Positions 7,625 to 15,287 of a stretch of DNA of 24,000 nucleotides are shown one piece after another. The notes below the pieces were generated by a model. It was not told the DNA's origin. It was given only the letters and a program-made list of their open reading frames with translations, and did not search any database. The DNA lies in the NCBI GenBank assembly GCA_035547895.1, contig DASZTT010000170.1, forward strand, positions 5,411 through 29,410, given 5' to 3'. The DNA comes from Rhodanobacteraceae bacterium (lineage in GTDB: Bacteria; Pseudomonadota; Gammaproteobacteria; Xanthomonadales; Rhodanobacteraceae). The position numbers and the translations under genes are program-made. Within the stretch, counting starts at the first letter, position 1. The number at the start of each line of letters is the position of its first letter.

Positions 7625-7707
7625 CATTTGCCCCGCCTAGAGCCACGTCGATTCAAGATTAATACGATCCGTAGAAGCGCGGCGCCCCGTTTGAAATCGA
7701 AACGCGC

Positions 7708-9732
7708 CTACTGCTCCTTGATCTTCACGCCCTTCAACAACAAATCCAGCTTCTGCTTCATCTCGGCCTGCGGCTGCGTACCGGGCTGGTAGACGTAGGC
7801 GGTGTAGAGCACGGACGGCTTGTCGCCGTTCGCGGGCGGCACCACCGCGTTGATCTTGGTCATGTCGTTTTCGCTGTAGGCCTGTCCGTCGTAGGGATGC
7901 TGGCGGCCCTCGATCTTCTTCCAGAAACTCTGGTAACTGTCATCGAGGTCGGCGGGCGGCGCCTGGTTGCGCAGCAGGCTCACCCAATGATGGTCGTGGT
8001 TGTCCTCGGCCAGCCACACTTGCCCGACGTCCCACACGGCCTTGCCGTCGCGGTCCGGGTAGAAGGTGAAGCCGAGTGTCAGCACGCTGCCGGCGTCGAT
8101 CTTCTGCAGGTCGGGCGTGAGCGAGAACGCCAGGCGCGACGAGTCGTAGCGGAACGACTTGCCGTAGTCGAACGCGACGCGGATGTTCCTGAACGCGTCG
8201 GGCAGCAATTCCGGGTCCGCAAGAAACGTCTTCCACTGCGCCAGCGTGCCGTCGTAGGGCAGCGTCACGAAATCGGTGAGCGCCTGCATGTTGATGGTGG
8301 TGTCGTGCTTGGAGGTGGCTGGCTCGATGCGCATCAGCATCGCGTAGCCATCCGGCGTCGGCAGCGCGAACACGCTGGCGTAGCCGTCGGCGTACGGCAC
8401 GGGCCAGCGCCAAACCTGCCAGTGGCGTCCCCAGCGGTCGCTCCAGGTTTCCGTGGTGCCGGGATTGCCCAGCGACGTCACCAGAATGCGTTCCGGCCCG
8501 ATGCTGCGCTTCAGGAAGCCGGTTTTGAGCAGCATGTCCATCACGGCCCTGGGATCGTGGTGGAAGCTCGCCTCGGAAACATTGTCCGGCTTGCGAAGGT
8601 GGAACAGGATGTTCTGCGCGGCAACCCCGCCTTCGACGAAACCGTTGGCGGGCAGCGTGATCTTGATGTTCGAATGTCCACTGGTCGTCCACACGCCGTC
8701 GCTGTTGCGCGTGACGAGTTGCGGGAAATCGTCCATCGACGGCCCGCTGTACAGCAACTGGTGCGAACCGTTGCCGTTGGGGAACAGGTTGGCGGATTGC
8801 TGGTCCAGCAGCGCTTTCAGCTGCGAATCCAGGAACGGATGGAAGGCGTTGGCGTAGGCCGCGAAGAAACCGGATACCGAAAGCGGCAACTTGAAGTCGC
8901 CCTTGAAGGTGCCGCTGAGCGTCGAATCGAACACGTCGAACTGGTACGACATGCGCTTGTCGAAACGGGCGAGGTCCTTGGGCGCGTCCAGCACTTCGCC
9001 CATCGGCAGCGCGTAGTTGAGGTTTTCGTTGGGCGATTTCATCAGCACCACGCCGATCACCTTGCCGCTTTGGTCCAGCAGCGGGCCGCCGCTGTTGCCG
9101 GGTGATGCGGCGGCCGAAAAGCGGATCCACTTCCACTGCCCGTCCTGGTCTTCGGGCGTGTTCGAGGTGTAGAGGCCGTTACGGATCACCACGCCAGTGC
9201 CGAGTGCATTGCCAACGGAATAGACGACCTGGTTGAGTCCGGGCCTGGTGTCGACCGCGAGCGGGGTGATCTTCGGCGGATCCTTGAGCGAGAACACCAC
9301 GAAATCACGGCGCAGCGCGAATTTCTCGATCTTGTCGATCGCGTACACCTTGCCCGATGCGTCGCGCAACTCCGGCGGTCCCCACAGGCTCTGGTAGCCG
9401 ACCATGAAGACGTGGGCGGCGGTGACGTAGGTGTTCGGGCCGATCGCGAACGCCGTGCCGATGGAGTAGTACTTGTCGGTGCGCTCCTGGTACGGCAACA
9501 AGTCCATCGGCAGGGGTTTTTCGTAGGTCAGCGTGTCTGCCGGCTTGGCAGCGACGACTTCGAAAGTCGCCGACTGGATTTCCGGCAACAAGGACGGATC
9601 GAGCGTCGAATCGGCACGCGCGGTGCCGATCGAAAGCTGCGTCAAGCCCAGCGCCAGAAAGGCACAAGCGAAAAGGCGCGCGAACCGATGCGCGCCTGCA
9701 TTCCACCCCTGCGTGGAACCGGTCGAGGACAT
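7708..9732 (-). CDS. secreted trypsin-fold (S1-like) serine protease with a large uncharacterised C-terminal region
   Basis: Catalytic-triad contexts are read directly: His in YVTAAHVF, Asp in LRRDFVVFSL, Ser in SPGNSGGPLLD. I place the start at ATG 9732-9730, with GGAG 7 nt upstream, giving 674 aa with signal peptide ...HRFARLFACAFLALGLTQLSIGTARA|DS. The track's start at 9801 adds 23 aa with no SD. I can see no PDZ-like segment, and the last ~400 aa have no motif I recognise. Confidence 0.85.
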   Translation of the reverse strand: MSSTGSTQGWNAGAHRFARLFACAFLALGLTQLSIGTARADSTLDPSLLPEIQSATFEVVAAKPADTLTYEKPLPMDLLPYQERTDKYYSIGTAFAIGPNTYVTAAHVFMVGYQSLWGPPELRDASGKVYAIDKIEKFALRRDFVVFSLKDPPKITPLAVDTRPGLNQVVYSVGNALGTGVVIRNGLYTSNTPEDQDGQWKWIRFSAAASPGNSGGPLLDQSGKVIGVVLMKSPNENLNYALPMGEVLDAPKDLARFDKRMSYQFDVFDSTLSGTFKGDFKLPLSVSGFFAAYANAFHPFLDSQLKALLDQQSANLFPNGNGSHQLLYSGPSMDDFPQLVTRNSDGVWTTSGHSNIKITLPANGFVEGGVAAQNILFHLRKPDNVSEASFHHDPRAVMDMLLKTGFLKRSIGPERILVTSLGNPGTTETWSDRWGRHWQVWRWPVPYADGYASVFALPTPDGYAMLMRIEPATSKHDTTINMQALTDFVTLPYDGTLAQWKTFLADPELLPDAFRNIRVAFDYGKSFRYDSSRLAFSLTPDLQKIDAGSVLTLGFTFYPDRDGKAVWDVGQVWLAEDNHDHHWVSLLRNQAPPADLDDSYQSFWKKIEGRQHPYDGQAYSENDMTKINAVVPPANGDKPSVLYTAYVYQPGTQPQAEMKQKLDLLLKGVKIKEQ

Positions 9733-9813
9733 TGGGAGACTCCGAAAAGGAAACGATGCCGCAAACGCGCGGATGTTTGCACAACGCCGTGCCGCTTGCA
9801 CGCGCTTCGTGCG

Positions 9814-10608
9814 CTACATGCCGCGCCGGTGCAGGATTTGCTCCAGCACGAACTTGGAACCGAAAAACGCAAGCAGCAGGATGGCCATGCCGGCCAGGGT
9901 GAGGTCCACCGCACGGCGTCCACGCCAGCCCCAGCGCCAGCGGCCGAAAAGCAGCACGCCGAAAATGATCCACGCGACCAGCGACAGGATCGCGGTGTGC
10001 GCCTGATGCTGTGCGTGCAGGTTGTGCACGAACAGGATGCCCGACAGCAGCGTCAGCGTCAGCAGCGCGAAACCGGCGCCGATCAGCTTGAACATCAGCG
10101 ATTCGGTCTGCGTGAGTGGCGGCAAAGCGTCGGCCCAGGCATTCAGGCTGCGCGTGCGCAGGGCTTTTTCCTGGGTCGCCAGCAGCAATGCCAGGACCGC
10201 CGCGATCGCGAGCAGGCTGTAAGCCAGCAGCGCGATGATCACGTGCAACTCGATCTGCCAGTCGAGGGGAAACGGTGCGGTGGGCGGCGCCAGGAATTCG
10301 TCGATGGCGAGGAACAGTCCCGCCAGCGGAAACAGGATGATGCCGAGCGCCGCGACCGGACGCGCCACGTTCACGATCAGGGTCAGCGCCGCGATTACGG
10401 CCGATACCAGCGACAGTGCGGCGTAAAAGTGCAAGTCCACCGCGCCGCGATGGATTCCGAACAGCACCGCGAAATGCAGCAGCACGGCAATGGTTCCGAA
10501 AGCCAGGCCCGCGCGGCGCGCGATCGCGCCCTGGTTCAACAACGGACGCGCCAATGCGGCGGCGGCGGTGAAATACAGCGCGATCGCCAGGACCGCGGCA
10601 AGCTCCAT
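9814..10608 (-). CDS. ypjD: YpjD-like inner-membrane protein (cytochrome c assembly protein / CcsA-like family)
   Basis: A polytopic membrane protein. The C-terminal half (LPPLTQTESLMFKL...LLTLTLLSGILFVHNL...LSLVAWIIFGVLLFGRWRWGWRGRRAV...LLLAFFGSKFV) parallels E. coli YpjD as I recall it, and it shares that gene's position divergent from ffh. The start is ambiguous. ATG 10608 gives 264 aa, close to the E. coli length. ATG 10629 and the track's TTG 10710 are alternatives. None has a good SD. Confidence 0.8.
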   Translation of the reverse strand: MELAAVLAIALYFTAAAALARPLLNQGAIARRAGLAFGTIAVLLHFAVLFGIHRGAVDLHFYAALSLVSAVIAALTLIVNVARPVAALGIILFPLAGLFLAIDEFLAPPTAPFPLDWQIELHVIIALLAYSLLAIAAVLALLLATQEKALRTRSLNAWADALPPLTQTESLMFKLIGAGFALLTLTLLSGILFVHNLHAQHQAHTAILSLVAWIIFGVLLFGRWRWGWRGRRAVDLTLAGMAILLLAFFGSKFVLEQILHRRGM

Positions 10609-10709
10609 CGTGGTCGAGTGAATGGGCATCGGTGGAGTTTCGCATGGCACCGGGTCGGCATTCCAGCAACACGCGAGCAGCCACCGGCGCGTGACCAATG
10701 GCACATGCA

Positions 10710-10733
10710 ATATTTAGATGATTGTCTAAATAT
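10710..10733. promoter_or_regulatory. perfect 9-6-9 inverted repeat, candidate operator of the ArsR/SdpR-like repressor
   Basis: ATATTTAGA-tgattg-TCTAAATAT, read directly, with arms that are exact reverse complements. It sits in a sharply AT-rich patch of a GC-rich genome, 28 nt upstream of the ATG at 10762, and overlaps possible -10 elements (TAAATAT / TATATC). Confidence 0.55.
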
Positions 10734-10761
10734 ATCCCCTTGATGGCCCGGAATCCCGTCG

Positions 10762-11049
10762 ATGAAGCAGCAGGAGGTCTTCCGTGCGCTGGCCGATCCG
10801 ACCCGCCGCGCAATCCTGAAGCGCCTGCAGAAGGGGAGCCTGAGCGCGGGCGAAATCGGCGCGCTGTTCGACGTGACCGGCGCGACGCTTTCGCATCATT
10901 TCGCGGTGCTGAAGCAGGCCGATCTGGTTCGCAATGAGCGGCGCGGACGCAGCATCGTGTACTCGCTCAACACGTCGGTGATGGAAGACCTGACGCGGCT
11001 CGTGCTGGACCTGATTCCCGCGACGCGCGGACGTGGAGAGGACAAATGA
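10762..11049 (+). CDS. ArsR-family (SdpR-like) winged-helix transcriptional repressor
   Basis: 95 aa. FRALADPTRRAILKRL....LSAGEI......ATLSHHFAVLKQADLV...RRGRSIVYSLN is the canonical ArsR/SmtB HTH signature. No metal-binding Cys motifs are present. Confidence 0.9.
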   Translation: MKQQEVFRALADPTRRAILKRLQKGSLSAGEIGALFDVTGATLSHHFAVLKQADLVRNERRGRSIVYSLNTSVMEDLTRLVLDLIPATRGRGEDK

Positions 11050-11711
11050 AGCAAACGGGCACCTGGATCGTTTCCCTCGTTTTCATTCTGCTGATGCTGG
11101 GCGTCGCGGCGTGGATCTATCCGCAGCTGCCCGCGCGGGCGGCCATCCACTGGGACGCGAATGGCGTGGCCAACGGCTGGGCGCCGCGGTTCTGGGCGGC
11201 CGCGTTCCCGGTATTGCTGATGGCCGGCCTCGCGCTTGTGTTCGCCGCGCTGCCGGTGATTTCGCCGCGCAAGTTCGAGATCGCGCCGTTCGCCAGGGTT
11301 TATGGCGTTGTTGTGCTGGCGACGCTCGCGTTCCTGCTGGTCATCGGCACCATCGCCCTGCTCGCGGGTGCCGGCTATCACGTCTCGATGGAACTCGTCG
11401 CGCCGATCGCGGTGGGAGCGCTGCTGATGGTGATCGGGAACTTCATGGGCAAGTTCCGCAAGAACTTCTTCGTCGGCATCCGCACGCCCTGGACACTTAC
11501 CAGCGACGCCGTGTGGGAACGCACCCATCGCCTCGCCGGCTGGTTGTTCGTGCTGGCGGGGCTGGTCTGGATCGTGGGCGGATTGCTGCGTGCATCACCG
11601 GCCGTGCTGGTGATTGCGGCGCTCGCTGCCGGATTCATTCCAGCGGTCTATTCGTACTTCCTTTATCGGCGTGTCGAAGGGCCTCCATCGTCATCGGGAA
11701 GCGAGCCATGA
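11046..11711 (+). CDS. SdpI/YhfL-family membrane protein with an N-terminal DUF1648-like segment
   Basis: 221 aa. Its ATG overlaps the repressor's TGA (ATGA at 11046-11049). There are several predicted TM helices. YPQLPARAAIHWDANGVANGW fits the DUF1648 motif, and NFFVGIRTPWTLTSDAVWERTHRLAG fits the SdpI-family motif. Confidence 0.85.
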   Translation: MKQTGTWIVSLVFILLMLGVAAWIYPQLPARAAIHWDANGVANGWAPRFWAAAFPVLLMAGLALVFAALPVISPRKFEIAPFARVYGVVVLATLAFLLVIGTIALLAGAGYHVSMELVAPIAVGALLMVIGNFMGKFRKNFFVGIRTPWTLTSDAVWERTHRLAGWLFVLAGLVWIVGGLLRASPAVLVIAALAAGFIPAVYSYFLYRRVEGPPSSSGSEP

Positions 11712-11780
11712 CCCATCCGGCGATCGCGGCCAACCTGCGGTCTCCGCTAAACTGACGGTTTCGATGTTCGTGATTCCGCC

Positions 11781-13151
11781 ATGTTCGACAATCTCACCCA
11801 GCGCCTTTCCGCCACCGTCCAGCGCCTGACCGGGCGCGGGCGCCTGACCGAGGAAAACATCCGCGAAGCGCTGCGCGAAGTGCGCGTCGCGTTGCTGGAA
11901 GCGGACGTCGCACTGCCGGTGGTGCAGGCGCTGATCGAGCGCATCAAGGTGCGTGCGGTCGGGCAGGAAGTGTTGAAGTCGCTGACGCCGGGGCAGGCGC
12001 TCATCAAGGTCGTTCGCGACGAGCTCACCGCGGTGATGGGCACGCAGAACGCATCGCTGCACCTCGCCGCGACGCCGCCGGCGGTGGTGCTGATGGCGGG
12101 CCTGCAGGGCGCGGGCAAGACCACCACGGTCGCGAAACTTGCAAAGCACCTCATCGAGCGCAAGAAGAAGGTGATGGTCGTTTCGGCCGACGTGTATCGT
12201 CCGGCCGCAATCGAACAGTTGCAGACACTGGCGGCGCAGGTCGGTGCCGGATTCGTGCCGTCTCAGTCCGGGCAGCAACCGATCGCGATCGCGAAGGCCG
12301 CGGTCGATGCTGCGAAACGCGAAGTCGCCGACGTGCTGATCGTGGACACTGCGGGCCGCACGACCATCGACGAGGCCATGATGGCCGAGATCAAGGCGCT
12401 GCACGAAGCGGTCGATCCGGTCGAAACGCTGTTCGTGGTCGATTCGATGACCGGCCAGGACGCCGCCAATACCGCCAAGGCATTCGCCGATGCGCTGCCG
12501 TTGACCGGCGTGATCCTGACGAAAGTGGATGGCGACGCGCGTGGCGGCGCGGCGCTGTCGGTGCGCTATGTCACCGGCCGCCCGATCAAGTTCCTGGGCG
12601 CGGGCGAGAAGCCCGATGCGTTGGAGCCGTTCCATCCCGACCGCATGGCCACGCGCATCCTCGGCATGGGCGACGTCTTGTCGCTGATCGAGGACGTGCA
12701 GCAGAAGACCGATGCCGACAAGGCGGCCAAGCTGGCGGCGAAAGTCGCCAAGGGCAAGCGCTTCGACCTCAACGACATGAAGGACCAGCTCGACCAGATG
12801 CTCAACATGGGCGGGCTGGCGGGCCTGATGGAAAAACTGCCGGGCGTGTCGTCGCTGCCCGACAAGGTGAAGTCGCAGGTCAACGACAAGGAAGTGAAGC
12901 GGATGATCGCGATCATCGGTTCGATGACCAAGAAGGAGCGCCGCCATCCCGACCTCCTGAACGGGTCGCGGCGTGCACGCGTGGCGCGCGGCTCGGGCAC
13001 CCAGCCCGCCGACGTCAATCGCCTGCTGAAGCAGTACACCCAGATGGAAAAGATGATGGGCAAGTTCGCCCGCGGCGGCATGAAGGGCCTGATGCGGCAG
13101 ATGGGCGGCGCCATGAAGGGCATGGGCGGGCGCGGCATTCCGGGGCGCTGA
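11781..13151 (+). CDS. ffh: signal recognition particle protein Ffh
   Basis: 456 aa. MFDNLTQRLS...LTEENIREALREVRVALLEADV marks the N domain. The GTPase motifs are GLQGAGKTTT, DTAGR and TKVDGDARGGAALS. The M domain is Met-rich (MGGLAGLMEKLPG...MKGLMRQMGGAMKGMGG). Confidence 0.97.
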   Translation: MFDNLTQRLSATVQRLTGRGRLTEENIREALREVRVALLEADVALPVVQALIERIKVRAVGQEVLKSLTPGQALIKVVRDELTAVMGTQNASLHLAATPPAVVLMAGLQGAGKTTTVAKLAKHLIERKKKVMVVSADVYRPAAIEQLQTLAAQVGAGFVPSQSGQQPIAIAKAAVDAAKREVADVLIVDTAGRTTIDEAMMAEIKALHEAVDPVETLFVVDSMTGQDAANTAKAFADALPLTGVILTKVDGDARGGAALSVRYVTGRPIKFLGAGEKPDALEPFHPDRMATRILGMGDVLSLIEDVQQKTDADKAAKLAAKVAKGKRFDLNDMKDQLDQMLNMGGLAGLMEKLPGVSSLPDKVKSQVNDKEVKRMIAIIGSMTKKERRHPDLLNGSRRARVARGSGTQPADVNRLLKQYTQMEKMMGKFARGGMKGLMRQMGGAMKGMGGRGIPGR

Positions 13152-13267
13152 TCGGCCTCCTGTCGGCAGGTTGCGGGAACCCCGCTGCGCCCTTTACAAT
13201 TGCGCGTTTCCCGTGCCCGGACGTCGTCTGATCGACCCGCGGCCGTTCCATTCGGAGTCGATAGATC

Positions 13268-13528
13268 ATGGTACGTATTCGTCTTTCGCGCGCAGGCGCC
13301 AAGGGCCGGCCGTTCTACCACGTGGTGGTGACCGACCAGCGCAGCGCCCGCGACGGCCGCAGCATCGAGCGCCTGGGTTACTTCAACCCCGGTGCCGCGG
13401 GTAGCCAGGACAAGCGCCTGGTGCTGGACGTCGAGAAGCTCAACGCGTGGGTGGCCAAGGGCGCCCAGTGCTCGGACAAGGTCGCCGCGCTGGCGAAGGA
13501 AGCGGCGAAGCAAACAGCCGCTGCCTGA
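13268..13528 (+). CDS. rpsP: 30S ribosomal protein S16
   Basis: 86 aa with the [41 protein letters not shown] signature. GGAG lies 10 nt upstream. Confidence 0.95.
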   Translation: MVRIRLSRAGAKGRPFYHVVVTDQRSARDGRSIERLGYFNPGAAGSQDKRLVLDVEKLNAWVAKGAQCSDKVAALAKEAAKQTAAA

Positions 13529-13532
13529 CGCG

Positions 13533-14048
13533 ATGAATGGCGGGCGGCGGGTGCTGCTCGGGCGGATTGTCGGCGTGCACGGTGTGCGCGGCGCGGTGAA
13601 GCTGGAGTCGTTCACCGAACCGCGGTTGGCGATCTTCGGATACAAGCCCTGGCTGCTGGAACGCGAGCCGGAGCATTTCGAGGAAATCGCCGGAGCGGAG
13701 GGACACGCGCAGGGCAAGGGCATCGTCGCGATGCTGCCCGGTGTGGCGGATCGCGACGCGGCGGCGGCTTGGATCGGCGCACGCATCTGGGTTCCCCGCG
13801 AGGCATTGCCCGAGCTGGGACCCGGCGAGTTTTACCAGACGGATCTGGAAGGGCTGCAAGTGGTGAACGAGGCGGGCGAGGATCTGGGCCGCGTCACTCA
13901 CCTGTTCGACAACGGCGCGCATGATGTGCTGGTGACGCGCGACGAAGCCGGACGCGAGCGCCTGATTCCGTACGTGGTGGATGTTTACGTGAAAGCGGTC
14001 GATCTGGATGCGGGACGCGTCACGGTCGACTGGCACAAAGACGATTGA
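13533..14048 (+). CDS. rimM: 16S rRNA processing protein RimM
   Basis: 171 aa from ATG 13533, an internal Met of the track ORF whose upstream part overlaps rpsP. Matching blocks are [35 protein letters not shown] and GAHDVLV (PRC barrel). The position between rpsP and trmD is conserved. Confidence 0.9.
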   Translation: MNGGRRVLLGRIVGVHGVRGAVKLESFTEPRLAIFGYKPWLLEREPEHFEEIAGAEGHAQGKGIVAMLPGVADRDAAAAWIGARIWVPREALPELGPGEFYQTDLEGLQVVNEAGEDLGRVTHLFDNGAHDVLVTRDEAGRERLIPYVVDVYVKAVDLDAGRVTVDWHKDD

Positions 14049-14049
14049 G

Positions 14050-14811
14050 ATGCGCATCGACGTCGTCACGCTGTTTCCCGAATTCGTGCGCCAGTGCGCC
14101 GGCTTCGGGGTGATCGGCAGGGCAGCCGGGCGCGGTTTGCTGGAAGTGGCAGCCTGGAATCCGCGCGACTATGCCGAAGGCGGTTACCGTCGCGTCGATG
14201 ACAGCGTGTGCGGTGGCGGTCCCGGCATGGTGATGCTGATCGAGCCGCTGCGGAGGACGCTGGCGGCGGCGCGGCAAGCGGCGACGGAGACGGCGCCGGT
14301 GATTTATTTGAGTCCGCAGGGAAAGCGGCTCACGCAGGACAAGGTGCGGCAATTGGCTTCACTGCCGCGGATGATCTTGTTGTGCGGGCGCTACGAAGGG
14401 ATCGACGAACGCCTGCTGGAACACGAGGTCGACGAGGAACTGTCGATCGGCGATTACGTGCTGTCGGGCGGCGAACTGGCCGCGGCGGTGCTGATCGACG
14501 CGGTCGGCAGGTTGCAGGAAGGCGCGCTGGGTGATGCGCAATCCGCCGTGCAGGATTCGTTTTCGGACGGCCTGCTGGATTGTCCGCACTACACGCGGCC
14601 GGTGAGCCATGAATTTGGCGACGTGCCGGCGGTGTTGTTGTCGGGCGACCATGCGGCGATCCACCGCTGGCGCCGCATGCAGGCGCTGGGCCGCACCTGG
14701 TTGCGTCGGCCGGAGTTGCTGGAAAACATGACGTTGGACGAAAGCGACCAACGCTTGCTGGAAGAATTCAAACGGGAACACAAGGGTCAGACCCATGAAC
14801 AAGATCATTGA
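14050..14811 (+). CDS. trmD: tRNA (guanine37-N1)-methyltransferase TrmD
   Basis: 253 aa from ATG 14050, 1 nt after the rimM TGA. Matching blocks are [52 protein letters not shown] and LDCPHYTRP. Confidence 0.93.
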   Translation: MRIDVVTLFPEFVRQCAGFGVIGRAAGRGLLEVAAWNPRDYAEGGYRRVDDSVCGGGPGMVMLIEPLRRTLAAARQAATETAPVIYLSPQGKRLTQDKVRQLASLPRMILLCGRYEGIDERLLEHEVDEELSIGDYVLSGGELAAAVLIDAVGRLQEGALGDAQSAVQDSFSDGLLDCPHYTRPVSHEFGDVPAVLLSGDHAAIHRWRRMQALGRTWLRRPELLENMTLDESDQRLLEEFKREHKGQTHEQDH

Positions 14812-15175
14812 ACAATTCGAAGCCGCACAGATGTGCCGGGAACTGCCGCCGTTCGCCGCGGGCGACACCGTGGTCGTCAACGTCAAGGTGAAGGAAGGCA
14901 ATCGCGAGCGCGTGCAGGCGTTCGAGGGCGTGTGCATCGCGCGCCGCAACCGCGGCCTGCATTCCGCCTTCACCGTGCGCAAGATGTCGCACGGCACCGG
15001 CGTCGAGCGCGTGTTCCAGGCACACAGCCCGGCGATCGACTCGGTCGAAGTCAAGCGCAAGGGCAAGGTGCGCGGCGCCAAGCTGTACTTCCTGCGCGGC
15101 CTGGAAGGCAAGGCGGCCCGCATCAAGGAAGACCTGGCAGCCAACAGCAAGCCGGACGCGTCGCGCGCCAAGTAA
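14795..15175 (+). CDS. rplS: 50S ribosomal protein L19
   Basis: 126 aa. [13 protein letters not shown]...[52 protein letters not shown] aligns with E. coli RplS along its length. It overlaps the trmD 3' end by 17 nt. Confidence 0.95.
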   Translation: MNKIIEQFEAAQMCRELPPFAAGDTVVVNVKVKEGNRERVQAFEGVCIARRNRGLHSAFTVRKMSHGTGVERVFQAHSPAIDSVEVKRKGKVRGAKLYFLRGLEGKAARIKEDLAANSKPDASRAK

Positions 15176-15200
15176 GTCGTTTCGATTCAACCGTTAAAGC

Positions 15201-15235
15201 AAAGCCGCGCGGAGCGATCCGCGCGGCTTTTGTTT
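15201..15235. terminator. bidirectional rho-independent terminator between convergent rplS and the RND gene
   Basis: AAAGCCGCGCGGA (15201-15213) is the exact reverse complement of TCCGCGCGGCTTT (15218-15230), with loop GCGA. It is followed by TGTTT on the plus strand and by TTTGCTTT on the minus strand. Confidence 0.75.
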
Positions 15236-15287
15236 GGCCGTGTGATGGATGAAGGCTTGCGTTGGCAGCCCGGGCGCGCCCGCCGCC

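Noticed and set aside
7625-7707. Possible shared terminator between the convergent island gene and the protease gene (GGCG...CGTTT-GAAATCG-AAACG-CGCC).
   Set aside because: The stem is short and interrupted by a 3-nt bulge, and there is no U-tract on either strand. It is too weak to annotate.
11691-12947. 418-aa minus-strand ORF antisense to ffh, and the 406-aa ORF at 12566-13786.
   Set aside because: Both lie opposite ffh/rpsP/rimM, which are unequivocal. They are high-GC antisense artefacts.
13152-13267. Small hairpins after ffh (CCTG-TCGG-CAGG and GCGGG-AAC-CCCGC) and a TTTACA hexamer, considered as a terminator and rpsP promoter.
   Set aside because: The stems are only 4-5 bp with no U-tract, and there is no convincing -10 at the right spacing from TTTACA.
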